64,000 nucleotides of DNA from Candidatus Goldiibacteriota bacterium (GCA_938034975.1 CALHNI010000007.1:5036-69035), one strand, 5' to 3'; positions 10,761-19,207 are shown, numbered from the stretch's first letter. Translations and numbers: made by a program. The notes: generated from the sequence alone by a model not told the origin.

Positions 10761-11161
10761 GGTAATTTCTGACTGAAAACAATTTTGTTTTCAACCCATT
10801 TATATGTGATCATGATTATTTTATTAAGGTGATTTTTTTCCAGAAGATTTTTTGTGTTCTGTTCAGTATAATCAGGAATTAAAAGGTAAAAAGAACCAAA
10901 TGCTTCAAAGAATTGTTTCCACTGTAATGTTTCAGCTTCATTTATAGAATCTTCGGTTTCTATCTCAAAGATGATAACTCCTTTTGAACGTGATTTAACA
11001 ATAACATCAGGAAATAATCCTTTTACATTTGTGTTTTTACTATCCCCTGGATTTATAAAAACTTCATCAGCATCTTTTTTATGAAGATAAACAGATTTTA
11101 AAGTTTCAATTAAAGTATCATGGAGTCTCTGATTTTGTGGGGTTCTCGGAGACATTGACAT
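10757..11161 (-). CDS. Hypothetical 134-aa protein, possible PD-(D/E)xK-like fold
   Basis: The ORF is convergent with mfd and overlaps it by 4 nt. GGAGG-type RBS upstream. The PDVIV...(13 aa)...FEIETED pattern loosely resembles restriction-endonuclease-like cores. Confidence 0.5.
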   Translation of the reverse strand: MSMSPRTPQNQRLHDTLIETLKSVYLHKKDADEVFINPGDSKNTNVKGLFPDVIVKSRSKGVIIFEIETEDSINEAETLQWKQFFEAFGSFYLLIPDYTEQNTKNLLEKNHLNKIIMITYKWVENKIVFSQKLP

Positions 11162-11190
11162 ATATAAAACCTCCCTTTAAAAAATAAAAA

Positions 11191-13749
11191 CTATTCATTA
11201 TTCCATATTATATATTCAGGAATAAATTTGCAAGTTAAATCTTCATTTCCTGGTAAAATTCTTACTGTATAATTAATTTTTCCAGAAGAAGAAGGTTCAA
11301 TGACGCCTTCATATATAAAATTGTTATCCTTATTGCCTTTGTATTCAGCTTTTACTGTTTGTGTATCAGCAAGGGTATCACCCCTGTCATATCCATAATA
11401 TATTTCAACAAGTAAATCATTATTTGACAAACCGCCGGCATATATTTCTGCTGTAATTTTTATTTTTTCTCCGAGTTTGATGCTCTCATAATGTTCTGCG
11501 GAAATATTTATTATTTTGATATTTTTCCATTTTTCTGTTATTTTTTCTTTGTATTTTGTGATTTTTTTAGCTTTATCAGCAGAATTATTTACAAGATTAA
11601 CATAATTTTTACCGGCAGGTTTATAGAATTTTTCAGTATATTCCATAACCATTCTATTTGTATTAAAAATAGGGCATAATGTCATCATAGATGTTTTCAT
11701 TTTTTTTATCCACTCATGCGGAAGATTATCTTTGCCACGCTTATAATAAAGAGGTATTATTTCATTTTCTAAAAGTTCATAGAGAGCATTAGCTTCTACC
11801 CTGTCCTGATATTCCGGATTTTCATATTCTTCTCCTTTTCCTATATCCCAGCCACAGTCATTGTTTGGTTTTTCAGCCCACCAGCCGTCTACTGTGGATA
11901 GATTAAGTCCACCATTAAATGTTACTTTCATCCCTGAAGTTCCACTGGCTTCCAAAGGTCTTCTGGGAGTGTTTAGCCAGACATCAACTCCCTGAACAAG
12001 GTAATGAGTTGTGTTTAAATTATAATTTTCTATAAACACGATATGATTTTTTAATACTTCATCTTCTGCATAATGATACAATGTTTTAATAAATTGTTTG
12101 CCTTCTTCATCTTTTGGATGTGCTTTGCCTGCAAAAATAATCTGGACAGGCATTTCTTTATTGGTAAGTATTTTTTTCAAACGTTCAATATCTTTAAATA
12201 AAAGTAAAGCACGTTTATAGGTTGCAAACCTTCTTGCAAAACCTATTGTTAAAACTTCTGGAGATAAAACTTCGTTTGCCGAATCTATTTTTTCCTTAGA
12301 TGCACCTTTTTCTTTTAATTGTTGTTTTAATTTTCTTCGAATAAAAGCAACCAAACGCTCTTTCCTTCTTTCGTGTGTTCGCCATAGTTCAGTATCGGGT
12401 ATTTCTTCTATTTTTTTCCAGACCTCGTTATCTTCCGGACAATCAACCCAGCGTGTTCCTAAATATCTGAAAAATAATTCAGCCATTTCCCTTGAAATCC
12501 AGGAATTGGCATGAATACCGTTTGTTATATGAGTGATTGGAATCTCATCAAGTAGTATATTGGGCCAAATGCCCTGCCACATTTTCCTGCTGACAAAACC
12601 ATGCAGTTTACTTACACCATTGCAAAAATTAGTCAACTTTAAAGCAAGAACAGTCATACAAAACCATTCATTATTATCATCGGGATTTATTTTCCCTAAT
12701 TTGATAAATTCGTTGAAGGGTATTTTTAAATTTGATTCAACGTATTCTTTTAAATACTTTTCTATAAGTTCTTGCGGGAATCTGTCATTTCCAGCAGGGA
12801 CAGGAGTATGAGTTGTAAAAACTGATGTGGCAAAAACTATTTCTCTGGCTTCTTTAAATGAAATATTATATTTTTTCATAAGTAACCTTACTCTTTCCAG
12901 AATCAGGAAAGCAGAATGACCTTCATTCATATGTGTAACAGTAGGATTTAATCCAAGAGCATCTAATGCCATCATTCCGCCTATACCAAGTAAAATTTCC
13001 TGTTTGATACGCATTTCCAGATCTCCACCATAAAGTTTATAAGTGATTTCTCTATCAGCAGGAGAATTTTCCGGGATGTTGGTATCAAGAAGAAAGAGAT
13101 TAATTCTTCCTACTAAAAGTTTCCAGATTTGAAATTTTACATTTGAATGAGGATATTTAATTTCAAGGATAAGTGGTTGATTATTTTTTGTTTTTACCAA
13201 ACTGGCAGGTGATATGTGGTAATTGTAGGTTATATATTTTTCCTGTTGCCAGCCGTCATTTGTAAGATATTGCTGAAAATATCCCTGTGCATATAAAAGA
13301 CCGATAGCAACAAAAGGTATGCCTAGGTCAGATGCAGATTTTAAATGATCACCTGCTAATACTCCCAAGCCGCCAGAATATATAGGAAGACATTCGGCAA
13401 TACCATACTCTGCACTAAAATATGCAACTAAAAAATTATCAGGTAAATTATTTTTGACTTTTTCATACCACGTTGGTCTTGTAAGATACTGATTAAGTTT
13501 TTTTAATATTCCATCTACTCTGAACAAAAAACCTTCATCATTTGCAAGGGTATTTAACCTTTCTTGAGGAACTTCGTATAATAGTTTAATAGGGTTATGT
13601 GAAGTTGCTGACCATATATCCGGGTCTATATCTCTGAAAAGTGCAAATGCTTCAGAATCCCAGACAAGCCATAAATTATGTGCTATATCAAGTAATGGTT
13701 TTAATTTTTCCGGCAAATTTGGTATAACAGTTAATTCGCGAAATTTCAT
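11191..13749 (-). CDS. glgP: Alpha-glucan (glycogen/maltodextrin) phosphorylase, GT35, DUF3417-type
   Basis: 852 aa. SAEYGI...LPIYSGGLGVLAGDHLKSASDLG N-terminal region and EASGTSGMK pyridoxal-phosphate lysine motif. AGGAGG RBS. Confidence 0.9.
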   Translation of the reverse strand: MKFRELTVIPNLPEKLKPLLDIAHNLWLVWDSEAFALFRDIDPDIWSATSHNPIKLLYEVPQERLNTLANDEGFLFRVDGILKKLNQYLTRPTWYEKVKNNLPDNFLVAYFSAEYGIAECLPIYSGGLGVLAGDHLKSASDLGIPFVAIGLLYAQGYFQQYLTNDGWQQEKYITYNYHISPASLVKTKNNQPLILEIKYPHSNVKFQIWKLLVGRINLFLLDTNIPENSPADREITYKLYGGDLEMRIKQEILLGIGGMMALDALGLNPTVTHMNEGHSAFLILERVRLLMKKYNISFKEAREIVFATSVFTTHTPVPAGNDRFPQELIEKYLKEYVESNLKIPFNEFIKLGKINPDDNNEWFCMTVLALKLTNFCNGVSKLHGFVSRKMWQGIWPNILLDEIPITHITNGIHANSWISREMAELFFRYLGTRWVDCPEDNEVWKKIEEIPDTELWRTHERRKERLVAFIRRKLKQQLKEKGASKEKIDSANEVLSPEVLTIGFARRFATYKRALLLFKDIERLKKILTNKEMPVQIIFAGKAHPKDEEGKQFIKTLYHYAEDEVLKNHIVFIENYNLNTTHYLVQGVDVWLNTPRRPLEASGTSGMKVTFNGGLNLSTVDGWWAEKPNNDCGWDIGKGEEYENPEYQDRVEANALYELLENEIIPLYYKRGKDNLPHEWIKKMKTSMMTLCPIFNTNRMVMEYTEKFYKPAGKNYVNLVNNSADKAKKITKYKEKITEKWKNIKIINISAEHYESIKLGEKIKITAEIYAGGLSNNDLLVEIYYGYDRGDTLADTQTVKAEYKGNKDNNFIYEGVIEPSSSGKINYTVRILPGNEDLTCKFIPEYIIWNNE

Positions 13750-13778
13750 AAAGTCCTCCTGTAAATTTTATAGGTAGT

Positions 13779-14137
13779 GTGAAAAGTTTTAACGCTTTTT
13801 ACTTAAAAATCCTTTTATTCGTATACTTTGGTTGCCTTTGTTCTCCCTTTATCAAAGGGAGATTTAGGGGGATTTATATACATCCATTCTCTTTTTCTAG
13901 CTCTCTTTTAATTTAAAATCTCCCCTAACCCCTCTTTATTAAAGAGGGGAATTTTTTATTCTTATTCTTATTTTTTTTCTCCCCCTTTGCAAAGGGGGAC
14001 TAAGTGGGATTTGTTTCATTATTTTTAAATCTCCCCTACCTCCTCTTTTTAAAAGAGGAAAAATGTATATTATTTTCAATATTTTAGTATATATTTTAAT
14101 CTCTGCCTTCTTTCTTTTTCATAGAACTTTTCACATT
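13779..14137. repeat. Left arm of a roughly 360-bp inverted repeat pair
   Basis: Reverse complement of 15116-15480. The core 13809-14137 matches with only about a dozen by-eye differences. Contains four hairpin/G-C-box units at about 13843-13875, 13916-13949, 13979-14012 and 14027-14059. Confidence 0.9.
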
Positions 14138-14239
14138 ATCATTTTGTAAATTATTTTAGCATATATTAAAGACAAAATAAAATAAAAAATTTTAAAAATT
14201 GATATAATGTTATATTTTTAGGATAAAAAATAAAATGGT

Positions 14240-14521
14240 TTATTTTATGAATATTTTTTGTATCCAACCACGTTCGCCATCAGGCAGTTCAATAAGAGCC
14301 ATTGGACCTTTAATTTCTATAATTTTTACTTTGGTGCCAGGTTTAATTTTTGTAAATGGTTTTTCACCTTTTTCAAATGGCTTTTTCCATACCTTAATAC
14401 TTTCTACATTTTTTATACCATCAAACCCAGTTGTGAAAATTTCTGTTCCTGTTTGCGGGTCAGTTTTTAAACCTGCACAGGATAATAAAACTATAAATAC
14501 AAAAAAAATTAATTTATTCAT
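14240..14521 (-). CDS. Small lipoprotein with SH3-like C-terminal region
   Basis: Signal peptide with lipobox LLSC. The KPGTKVKIIEIKGPMALIELPDGERGWI segment resembles bacterial SH3 domains. No SD; a -10-like hexamer lies close to the ATG. Confidence 0.65.
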   Translation of the reverse strand: MNKLIFFVFIVLLSCAGLKTDPQTGTEIFTTGFDGIKNVESIKVWKKPFEKGEKPFTKIKPGTKVKIIEIKGPMALIELPDGERGWIQKIFIK

Positions 14522-14574
14522 AGTTATATTTTATTTAGAACACGATAAAAGTCAAATAAATAATTAATTATCAC

Positions 14575-14630
14575 TAAAAAAGCGTTAGAAAATGCGTTTT
14601 TACTGAAAACAAAATTTTTTTATTATTTTT
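14575..14630 (-). repeat. Truncated copy of the two-hairpin intergenic repeat (hairpin-2 end only)
   Basis: TAAAAAAGCGTTAGAAAATGCGTTTTTA palindrome followed by GAAAACAAAATTTTTTTATTATT, as in the copies at 36638 and 24862 (reverse complement). Confidence 0.75.
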
Positions 14631-14634
14631 ATAG

Positions 14635-14663
14635 TTGACATAAAATTATATTTAATATATAAT
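14635..14663 (+). promoter_or_regulatory. Consensus sigma70-like promoter of the Rrf2 regulator gene
   Basis: Perfect TTGACA - 17 nt - TATAAT. Confidence 0.7.
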
Positions 14664-14680
14664 ATCACTTAAAAAGTGAT
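14664..14680 (+). promoter_or_regulatory. Perfect 7-3-7 palindrome ATCACTT-AAA-AAGTGAT, candidate operator
   Basis: Directly abuts the -10 box, at about the expected transcription start. Rrf2 regulators are commonly autoregulated through palindromic sites. Confidence 0.4.
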
Positions 14681-14705
14681 AAATTTAAAATAAAAAGGAG
14701 GGAAT

Positions 14706-15122
14706 ATGAAAATATCAACAAAAGGCAGATACGCGATAAGGGCATTAACCCATCTTGCAAAAGCATATAATAAAAAAGAACCGCTAACCATAAAAGAATT
14801 ATCAAAACTTGAAAATATTTCAAACAGATACCTTGAAAATATATTTGTTAAATTAAGAAAAGCAAGAATTGTTAACAGTTATAAAGGCGAAAAAGGAGGT
14901 TTTTTTCTGGTAAAAGAACCTGAAAAAATAACCATGTATGAAATATTAAAAGCAGTAGAAAATTTAATGGAACCAGCTGAGTGTGTGATGGACAAAAATT
15001 TTTGTTATAGATTTAAAAACTGTGGTATGCGGACAATATGGATAAAATTTAATGAGCATATAAATAAATTTTTGAAAAATGTTAATTTAAAACAAATAGC
15101 AAAAGATTACCTGAGAATGTGA
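14706..15122 (+). CDS. iscR: Rrf2-family transcriptional regulator (IscR-like, three-Cys cluster ligands)
   Basis: MKISTKGRYAIRALTHLA winged-helix N-terminus. The C-x6-C-x5-C set (CVMDKNFCYRFKNC) is a candidate Fe-S ligand set. Lies upstream of nifS-iscU. GGAGGG RBS. Confidence 0.85.
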   Translation: MKISTKGRYAIRALTHLAKAYNKKEPLTIKELSKLENISNRYLENIFVKLRKARIVNSYKGEKGGFFLVKEPEKITMYEILKAVENLMEPAECVMDKNFCYRFKNCGMRTIWIKFNEHINKFLKNVNLKQIAKDYLRM

Positions 15123-15480
15123 AAAGTTCTATGAAAAGAAAGAAGGCAGAGTTTAAAATATATACTAAAAGTATTGAAAATAATATACATTTCCCCTCTT
15201 TTAAAAAGAGGAGGTAGGAGAGATTTAAAAATAATGAAACAAATCCCCCTTAGTCCCCCTTTTGCAAAGGGGGAGAAAAAAAATAAGAATAAGAATAAAA
15301 AATTCCCCTCTTTAATAAAGAGGGGTTAGGGGAGATTTTAAATTAAAAGAGAGCTAGAAAAAGAGAATGGATGTATGTAAATCCATTAAATCTCCCTTTG
15401 CTAAAGGGAGAACAAAGGCAACCAAAGTATACGAATAAAAGGATTATTAAATTAAATAGATGGCGTTAAAACTTTTTACA
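15116..15480. repeat. Right arm of the roughly 360-bp inverted repeat pair
   Basis: Reverse complement of 13779-14137. Starts inside the last two codons and stop of the Rrf2 gene and ends about 30 nt before nifS. Confidence 0.9.
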
Positions 15481-15508
15481 ATACTGATTACCTTGAAAGG
15501 AGATAAAA

Positions 15509-16687
15509 ATGATTGAAGATGTAATTTATCTTGATAATAATGCTACGACAAAAATTGCCCCGGAAGTTGTTGAAGAGATGCTTTTGTTTTTAAAAGAAAA
15601 TTATGCAAATCCTTCAAGTATTTATTATTTGGCCCAGAACATAAAAAAGCATATAGAGACAGCCAGAGAAAAAGCAGCAAGATTATTAAATGCCGAACCA
15701 TCAGAAATTATTTTTACATCTGGCGGCACAGAGGCAGATAACATGGCAATTAAAGGAATTGCTTTTGCAAATGAAAAAAAAGGCAAACATATAATCACTT
15801 CATCAATTGAACATCATGCAGTAATAAATACCTGTAAATACCTTGAAAAACATGGATTTGAAATTACCTATATACCTGTTGATAAATATGGTATAGTTGA
15901 TGTAGATTTAATAAAAAAATCAATAAAAAATGATACAATTTTAATTTCAATAATGTATGTAAATAATGAAATTGGAACTATAGAACCAGTTGCTGAAATA
16001 GGAAAAATTGCAAGGGAAAAAGGTGTGTATTTCCATACTGATGCTGTTCAGGCAGCAGGGAAAATCAAAATTGATGTGAAAGAGCAGAACATTGATTTAC
16101 TTTCAATTTCAGGGCATAAATTCCACGGTCCAAAAGGAGCAGGTGCATTATATATAAGAAAAGGAATAAAAATTGATGCTTTATTACATGGTGGTCATCA
16201 GGAAAATAATTTAAGAGCAGGCACAGAAAATGTAGCTGGTATAATTGGATTGGGTAAAGCATGCGAGATAGCAGATGAAGATTTAAAAAATATAAAAATG
16301 AAAAGCGAGATAAAAAGGTTGAGAGATAAACTTGAAAAAGGAATTTTAGAAAAAATACCTAAAATTATTGTAAATGGTCATCCTGAAAAAAGAATAGACA
16401 ATACACTTAATATTTGTATAAAATATATAGAAGGAGAAAGTATTTTAATTAATCTGGATTTGGAAGGAATTTGTGCATCGTCCGGATCTGCATGCACGTC
16501 AGGTTCATTGGAACCATCACATGTCTTGTTAGCGCTTGGATTGCCACATGAAATAGCGCATGGTAGTTTAAGATTTAGTCTGAGTAAATATACTAAAGAA
16601 AAAGAAATAGATAAAGTTTTAGAAATATTACCAGTTATAGTTCAGAAATTAAGAAATTTATCTCCGTTTTGGAAGAAAGGAAAGTAA
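15509..16687 (+). CDS. nifS: Cysteine desulfurase (NifS/IscS class I)
   Basis: PLP lysine motif SISGHKFHGPKG and active-site loop SSGSACTSG. GGAG RBS. Confidence 0.9.
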   Translation: MIEDVIYLDNNATTKIAPEVVEEMLLFLKENYANPSSIYYLAQNIKKHIETAREKAARLLNAEPSEIIFTSGGTEADNMAIKGIAFANEKKGKHIITSSIEHHAVINTCKYLEKHGFEITYIPVDKYGIVDVDLIKKSIKNDTILISIMYVNNEIGTIEPVAEIGKIAREKGVYFHTDAVQAAGKIKIDVKEQNIDLLSISGHKFHGPKGAGALYIRKGIKIDALLHGGHQENNLRAGTENVAGIIGLGKACEIADEDLKNIKMKSEIKRLRDKLEKGILEKIPKIIVNGHPEKRIDNTLNICIKYIEGESILINLDLEGICASSGSACTSGSLEPSHVLLALGLPHEIAHGSLRFSLSKYTKEKEIDKVLEILPVIVQKLRNLSPFWKKGK

Positions 16688-17601
16688 AAGTGGCAAATAA
16701 AAACTTAATAGAAGAAATTAACGAATTAAAAAAGAAAAAAAATGCAGTAATAGTTGCTCATAATTATCAGATACCAGAAGTTCAGGATATTGCTGATTTT
16801 ACAGGAGATTCCCTGGAACTTTCAAAAAAATGCAAAGGAGTTAAAGAAAAAATAATTGTATTTTGTGGTGTGAAATTTATGGCAGAAACTGCTAAAATTT
16901 TATCTCCTGAAAAAAAAGTTTTAATACCAAAAGAAAATGCAGGATGTCAGCTTGCAGATTCTATAAAACCAGAAGAAGTTGATGAATATAGAGAAAAATA
17001 TCCAAATGCCGCTGTTGTTGGTTATGTAAATACTTCGGCGGCAACCAAGGCAAAACTTGATTATTGTGTAACTTCGGCAAATGCAGTTAATATTGTAAAA
17101 AAAATACCCAACAAGGAAATAATTTTCTTACCTGATAAAAATCTCGGGTTATGGGTTCAAAAAAATGTAAAAGATAAAGAAATTATAATTCATAATGGCA
17201 GATGTTATGTTCATCATAAATTTACAAAGGAAGATGTAATTAATGCGAGAGTTGCCCATCCGGATGCTAAAATTGTAGTTCATCCTGAATGCTTATCTGA
17301 AGTAACGGAATTAGCAGATGAAGTTGCTTCAACTTCTGGAATGATAAAATATGTCAAAGAAAGTTCAGCAAAAAAATTTATTATAGGAACAGAAGAAGGA
17401 CACATACATCGTTTAAAAAAGGAAAGACCAGATGCTGAATTTTATTCACTTGGAAATGCCCAGATATGTTTTAATATGAAATTGATAAAATTAAAAGATG
17501 TATATGATTCGCTTTTGAATGAAAAATATGAGATAATTTTGCCGGATGATATCATAACAAAAGCAATTTTACCTATAGAAAGAATGCTGAATTTATCTTA
17601 A
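16669..17601 (+). CDS. nadA: Quinolinate synthase A
   Basis: AHNYQIPEVQDIADFTGDSLELS, VFCGVKFMAETAKIL and VHPEC motifs of NadA. TTG start at 16669 overlaps nifS; an alternative GTG is at 16690. Confidence 0.9.
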   Translation: MEERKVKVANKNLIEEINELKKKKNAVIVAHNYQIPEVQDIADFTGDSLELSKKCKGVKEKIIVFCGVKFMAETAKILSPEKKVLIPKENAGCQLADSIKPEEVDEYREKYPNAAVVGYVNTSAATKAKLDYCVTSANAVNIVKKIPNKEIIFLPDKNLGLWVQKNVKDKEIIIHNGRCYVHHKFTKEDVINARVAHPDAKIVVHPECLSEVTELADEVASTSGMIKYVKESSAKKFIIGTEEGHIHRLKKERPDAEFYSLGNAQICFNMKLIKLKDVYDSLLNEKYEIILPDDIITKAILPIERMLNLS

Positions 17602-17611
17602 AGGAGGAAAA

Positions 17612-17995
17612 ATGTTACAGTATTCTGATAAAGTAATGGAACAGTTTAAAAGTATGAAAAATGCAGGCAGGATAGAAAATGCCGATGGTATTGGAAAAGT
17701 TGGCAACCCTGTTTGTGGAGATGTTATGTGGATATATATAAAAGTAGATGAAAATGAAGTTATAACTGACTGTAAATTTGAAACCTTCGGATGTGTTGCT
17801 GCAATTGCAACTTCATCGCTTGCTACTGAACTTGTAAAAGGTAAAAAAATAGATGAAGCAAAAGATATCACAAATAAAAGAATTGTTGAATTGTTAGGTG
17901 GTTTACCTAAGGAAAAATTTCATTGTTCAGTTTTAGCAGAAGAAGGAATAAAAAAGGCAATAGAAGATTATAAAAATAAAAAAGCCGGCAAATGA
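17612..17995 (+). CDS. iscU: Fe-S cluster scaffold IscU/NifU N-terminal type
   Basis: GNPVCGD, FETFGCVAAIATSS and FHCSVLAEE motifs carry the three conserved Cys. GGAGG RBS. Confidence 0.9.
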   Translation: MLQYSDKVMEQFKSMKNAGRIENADGIGKVGNPVCGDVMWIYIKVDENEVITDCKFETFGCVAAIATSSLATELVKGKKIDEAKDITNKRIVELLGGLPKEKFHCSVLAEEGIKKAIEDYKNKKAGK

Positions 17996-19038
17996 AAAAA
18001 GTTTTAGTTGGTTTAAGCGGGGGGGTTGATTCTTCGGTTGCTGCTTTTTTATTAAAAAAATCAGGATATGAAGTTATAGGAATAACACTCAAATTATGGA
18101 ATGATGCATCCCGTTGTTGTAATTATGAAGATATACAGCGGGCAAAAAATTTATGTTTTAAAATAGGAATAAAGCATTATGTCTTAAATTTAAAAAATTA
18201 TTTTAAAAAAGAAGTAATAAACTATTTTATTCAAGATTATATTAATGGTCTAACACCAAACCCGTGTGTTATTTGCAACGAAAAGATAAAATTTTTTGCA
18301 TTATTTAAAAAAATGAAGGAAATAAATTTTGATTTTATAGCAACAGGTCATTATGCAAAAATAAAAAAGGTTAAAACCAATTATTTTTTATGCAGTGCTA
18401 AAGATAAAAATAAAACCCAGGAATATTTTCTTGCCCGGCTTGACAAAGATATATTAAAATATATAATATTTCCATTATCTGATTTTACCAAAGATGAAGT
18501 AAAAAAAATAGCATATGACCAGAAATTTTTTATACCAGAAAAAGAAAGTCAGGAAATTTGCTTTTTAAAAGATAAAGAGCCACCATATAAATTCATTGAG
18601 AAATTTGTTAATTTAAAAGAATACGCAAATTGTTCTATATATAATTTGCAGGGTGTAAAATTAAAAGAAATTACACAGCCCTATTTTAAATTTACAATTG
18701 GGCAGAGAAAAGGATTAGGTATTGGTGGTGGAACACCATTTTATGTTTATAAAATAGACGCAAAAGAAAAAAAAGTTGTTGTAAGTGAAGAAAAAATGTT
18801 GTATAATAATTATTGTAAAATTGATAATACAAAATTTTTTATAAATATTCCCCAAAAATTATTCAGGGCAAAAGTAAAGATTAGATATTTACATAAAAAA
18901 GCAAGCGCTTTAATAAAGAAAATAGATAAAGATAAAATGGAAATTGTGTTTGATAAACCGCAATTTGCAATAACGCCAGGACAACTGGCAGTAATTTATA
19001 AAAATGATTATATAATTGGAAGTGGATTTATTATATAA
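17992..19038 (+). CDS. mnmA: tRNA-specific 2-thiouridylase
   Basis: PP-loop GLSGGVDSSVAA, NPCVICN motif and ATGHYA. Overlaps the iscU stop by 4 nt. Confidence 0.9.
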   Translation: MKKVLVGLSGGVDSSVAAFLLKKSGYEVIGITLKLWNDASRCCNYEDIQRAKNLCFKIGIKHYVLNLKNYFKKEVINYFIQDYINGLTPNPCVICNEKIKFFALFKKMKEINFDFIATGHYAKIKKVKTNYFLCSAKDKNKTQEYFLARLDKDILKYIIFPLSDFTKDEVKKIAYDQKFFIPEKESQEICFLKDKEPPYKFIEKFVNLKEYANCSIYNLQGVKLKEITQPYFKFTIGQRKGLGIGGGTPFYVYKIDAKEKKVVVSEEKMLYNNYCKIDNTKFFINIPQKLFRAKVKIRYLHKKASALIKKIDKDKMEIVFDKPQFAITPGQLAVIYKNDYIIGSGFII

Positions 19039-19092
19039 TTTTTGGTTCTTTATAATGCATTTTACAAAATGAATTATTAAAATAAAAATATC

Positions 19093-19121
19093 TTGACAAA
19101 GAAAAGGTTATATTATATATA
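19093..19121 (+). promoter_or_regulatory. Consensus-like sigma70 promoter upstream of the GC-rich hairpin
   Basis: TTGACA - 17 nt - TATATA. The predicted start near 19128 lies about 20 nt before the hairpin. Confidence 0.55.
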
Positions 19122-19149
19122 TGTAGCAAAATTTAAACAAAAAAAAAGT

Positions 19150-19207
19150 CCGGGGGCGGGCATCCCTAACTTAACCCTCCCCAATACCCCCTTACGTCCG
19201 CCCCCGG
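19150..19207 (+). ncRNA. Isolated GC-rich hairpin, candidate small RNA (strand uncertain)
   Basis: A 10-bp all-G/C stem (CCGGGGGCGG / CCGCCCCCGG) encloses a 38-nt loop with three C-rich boxes (CCCUAAC, CCCUCCCC, CCCCC). Flanked by an A9 run on + (a T9 run on -). It stands out against the AT-rich background. Confidence 0.45.

Noticed and set aside
19150-19207. tRNA, SRP RNA or another housekeeping RNA at the GC island
   Set aside because: It is a single long-loop hairpin with no cloverleaf arms, no GGAA tetraloop or symmetric-loop SRP domain IV motif, and it is too short for 6S, tmRNA or RNase P. No other GC-rich intergenic segment that could hide a tRNA or rRNA was seen in the window.
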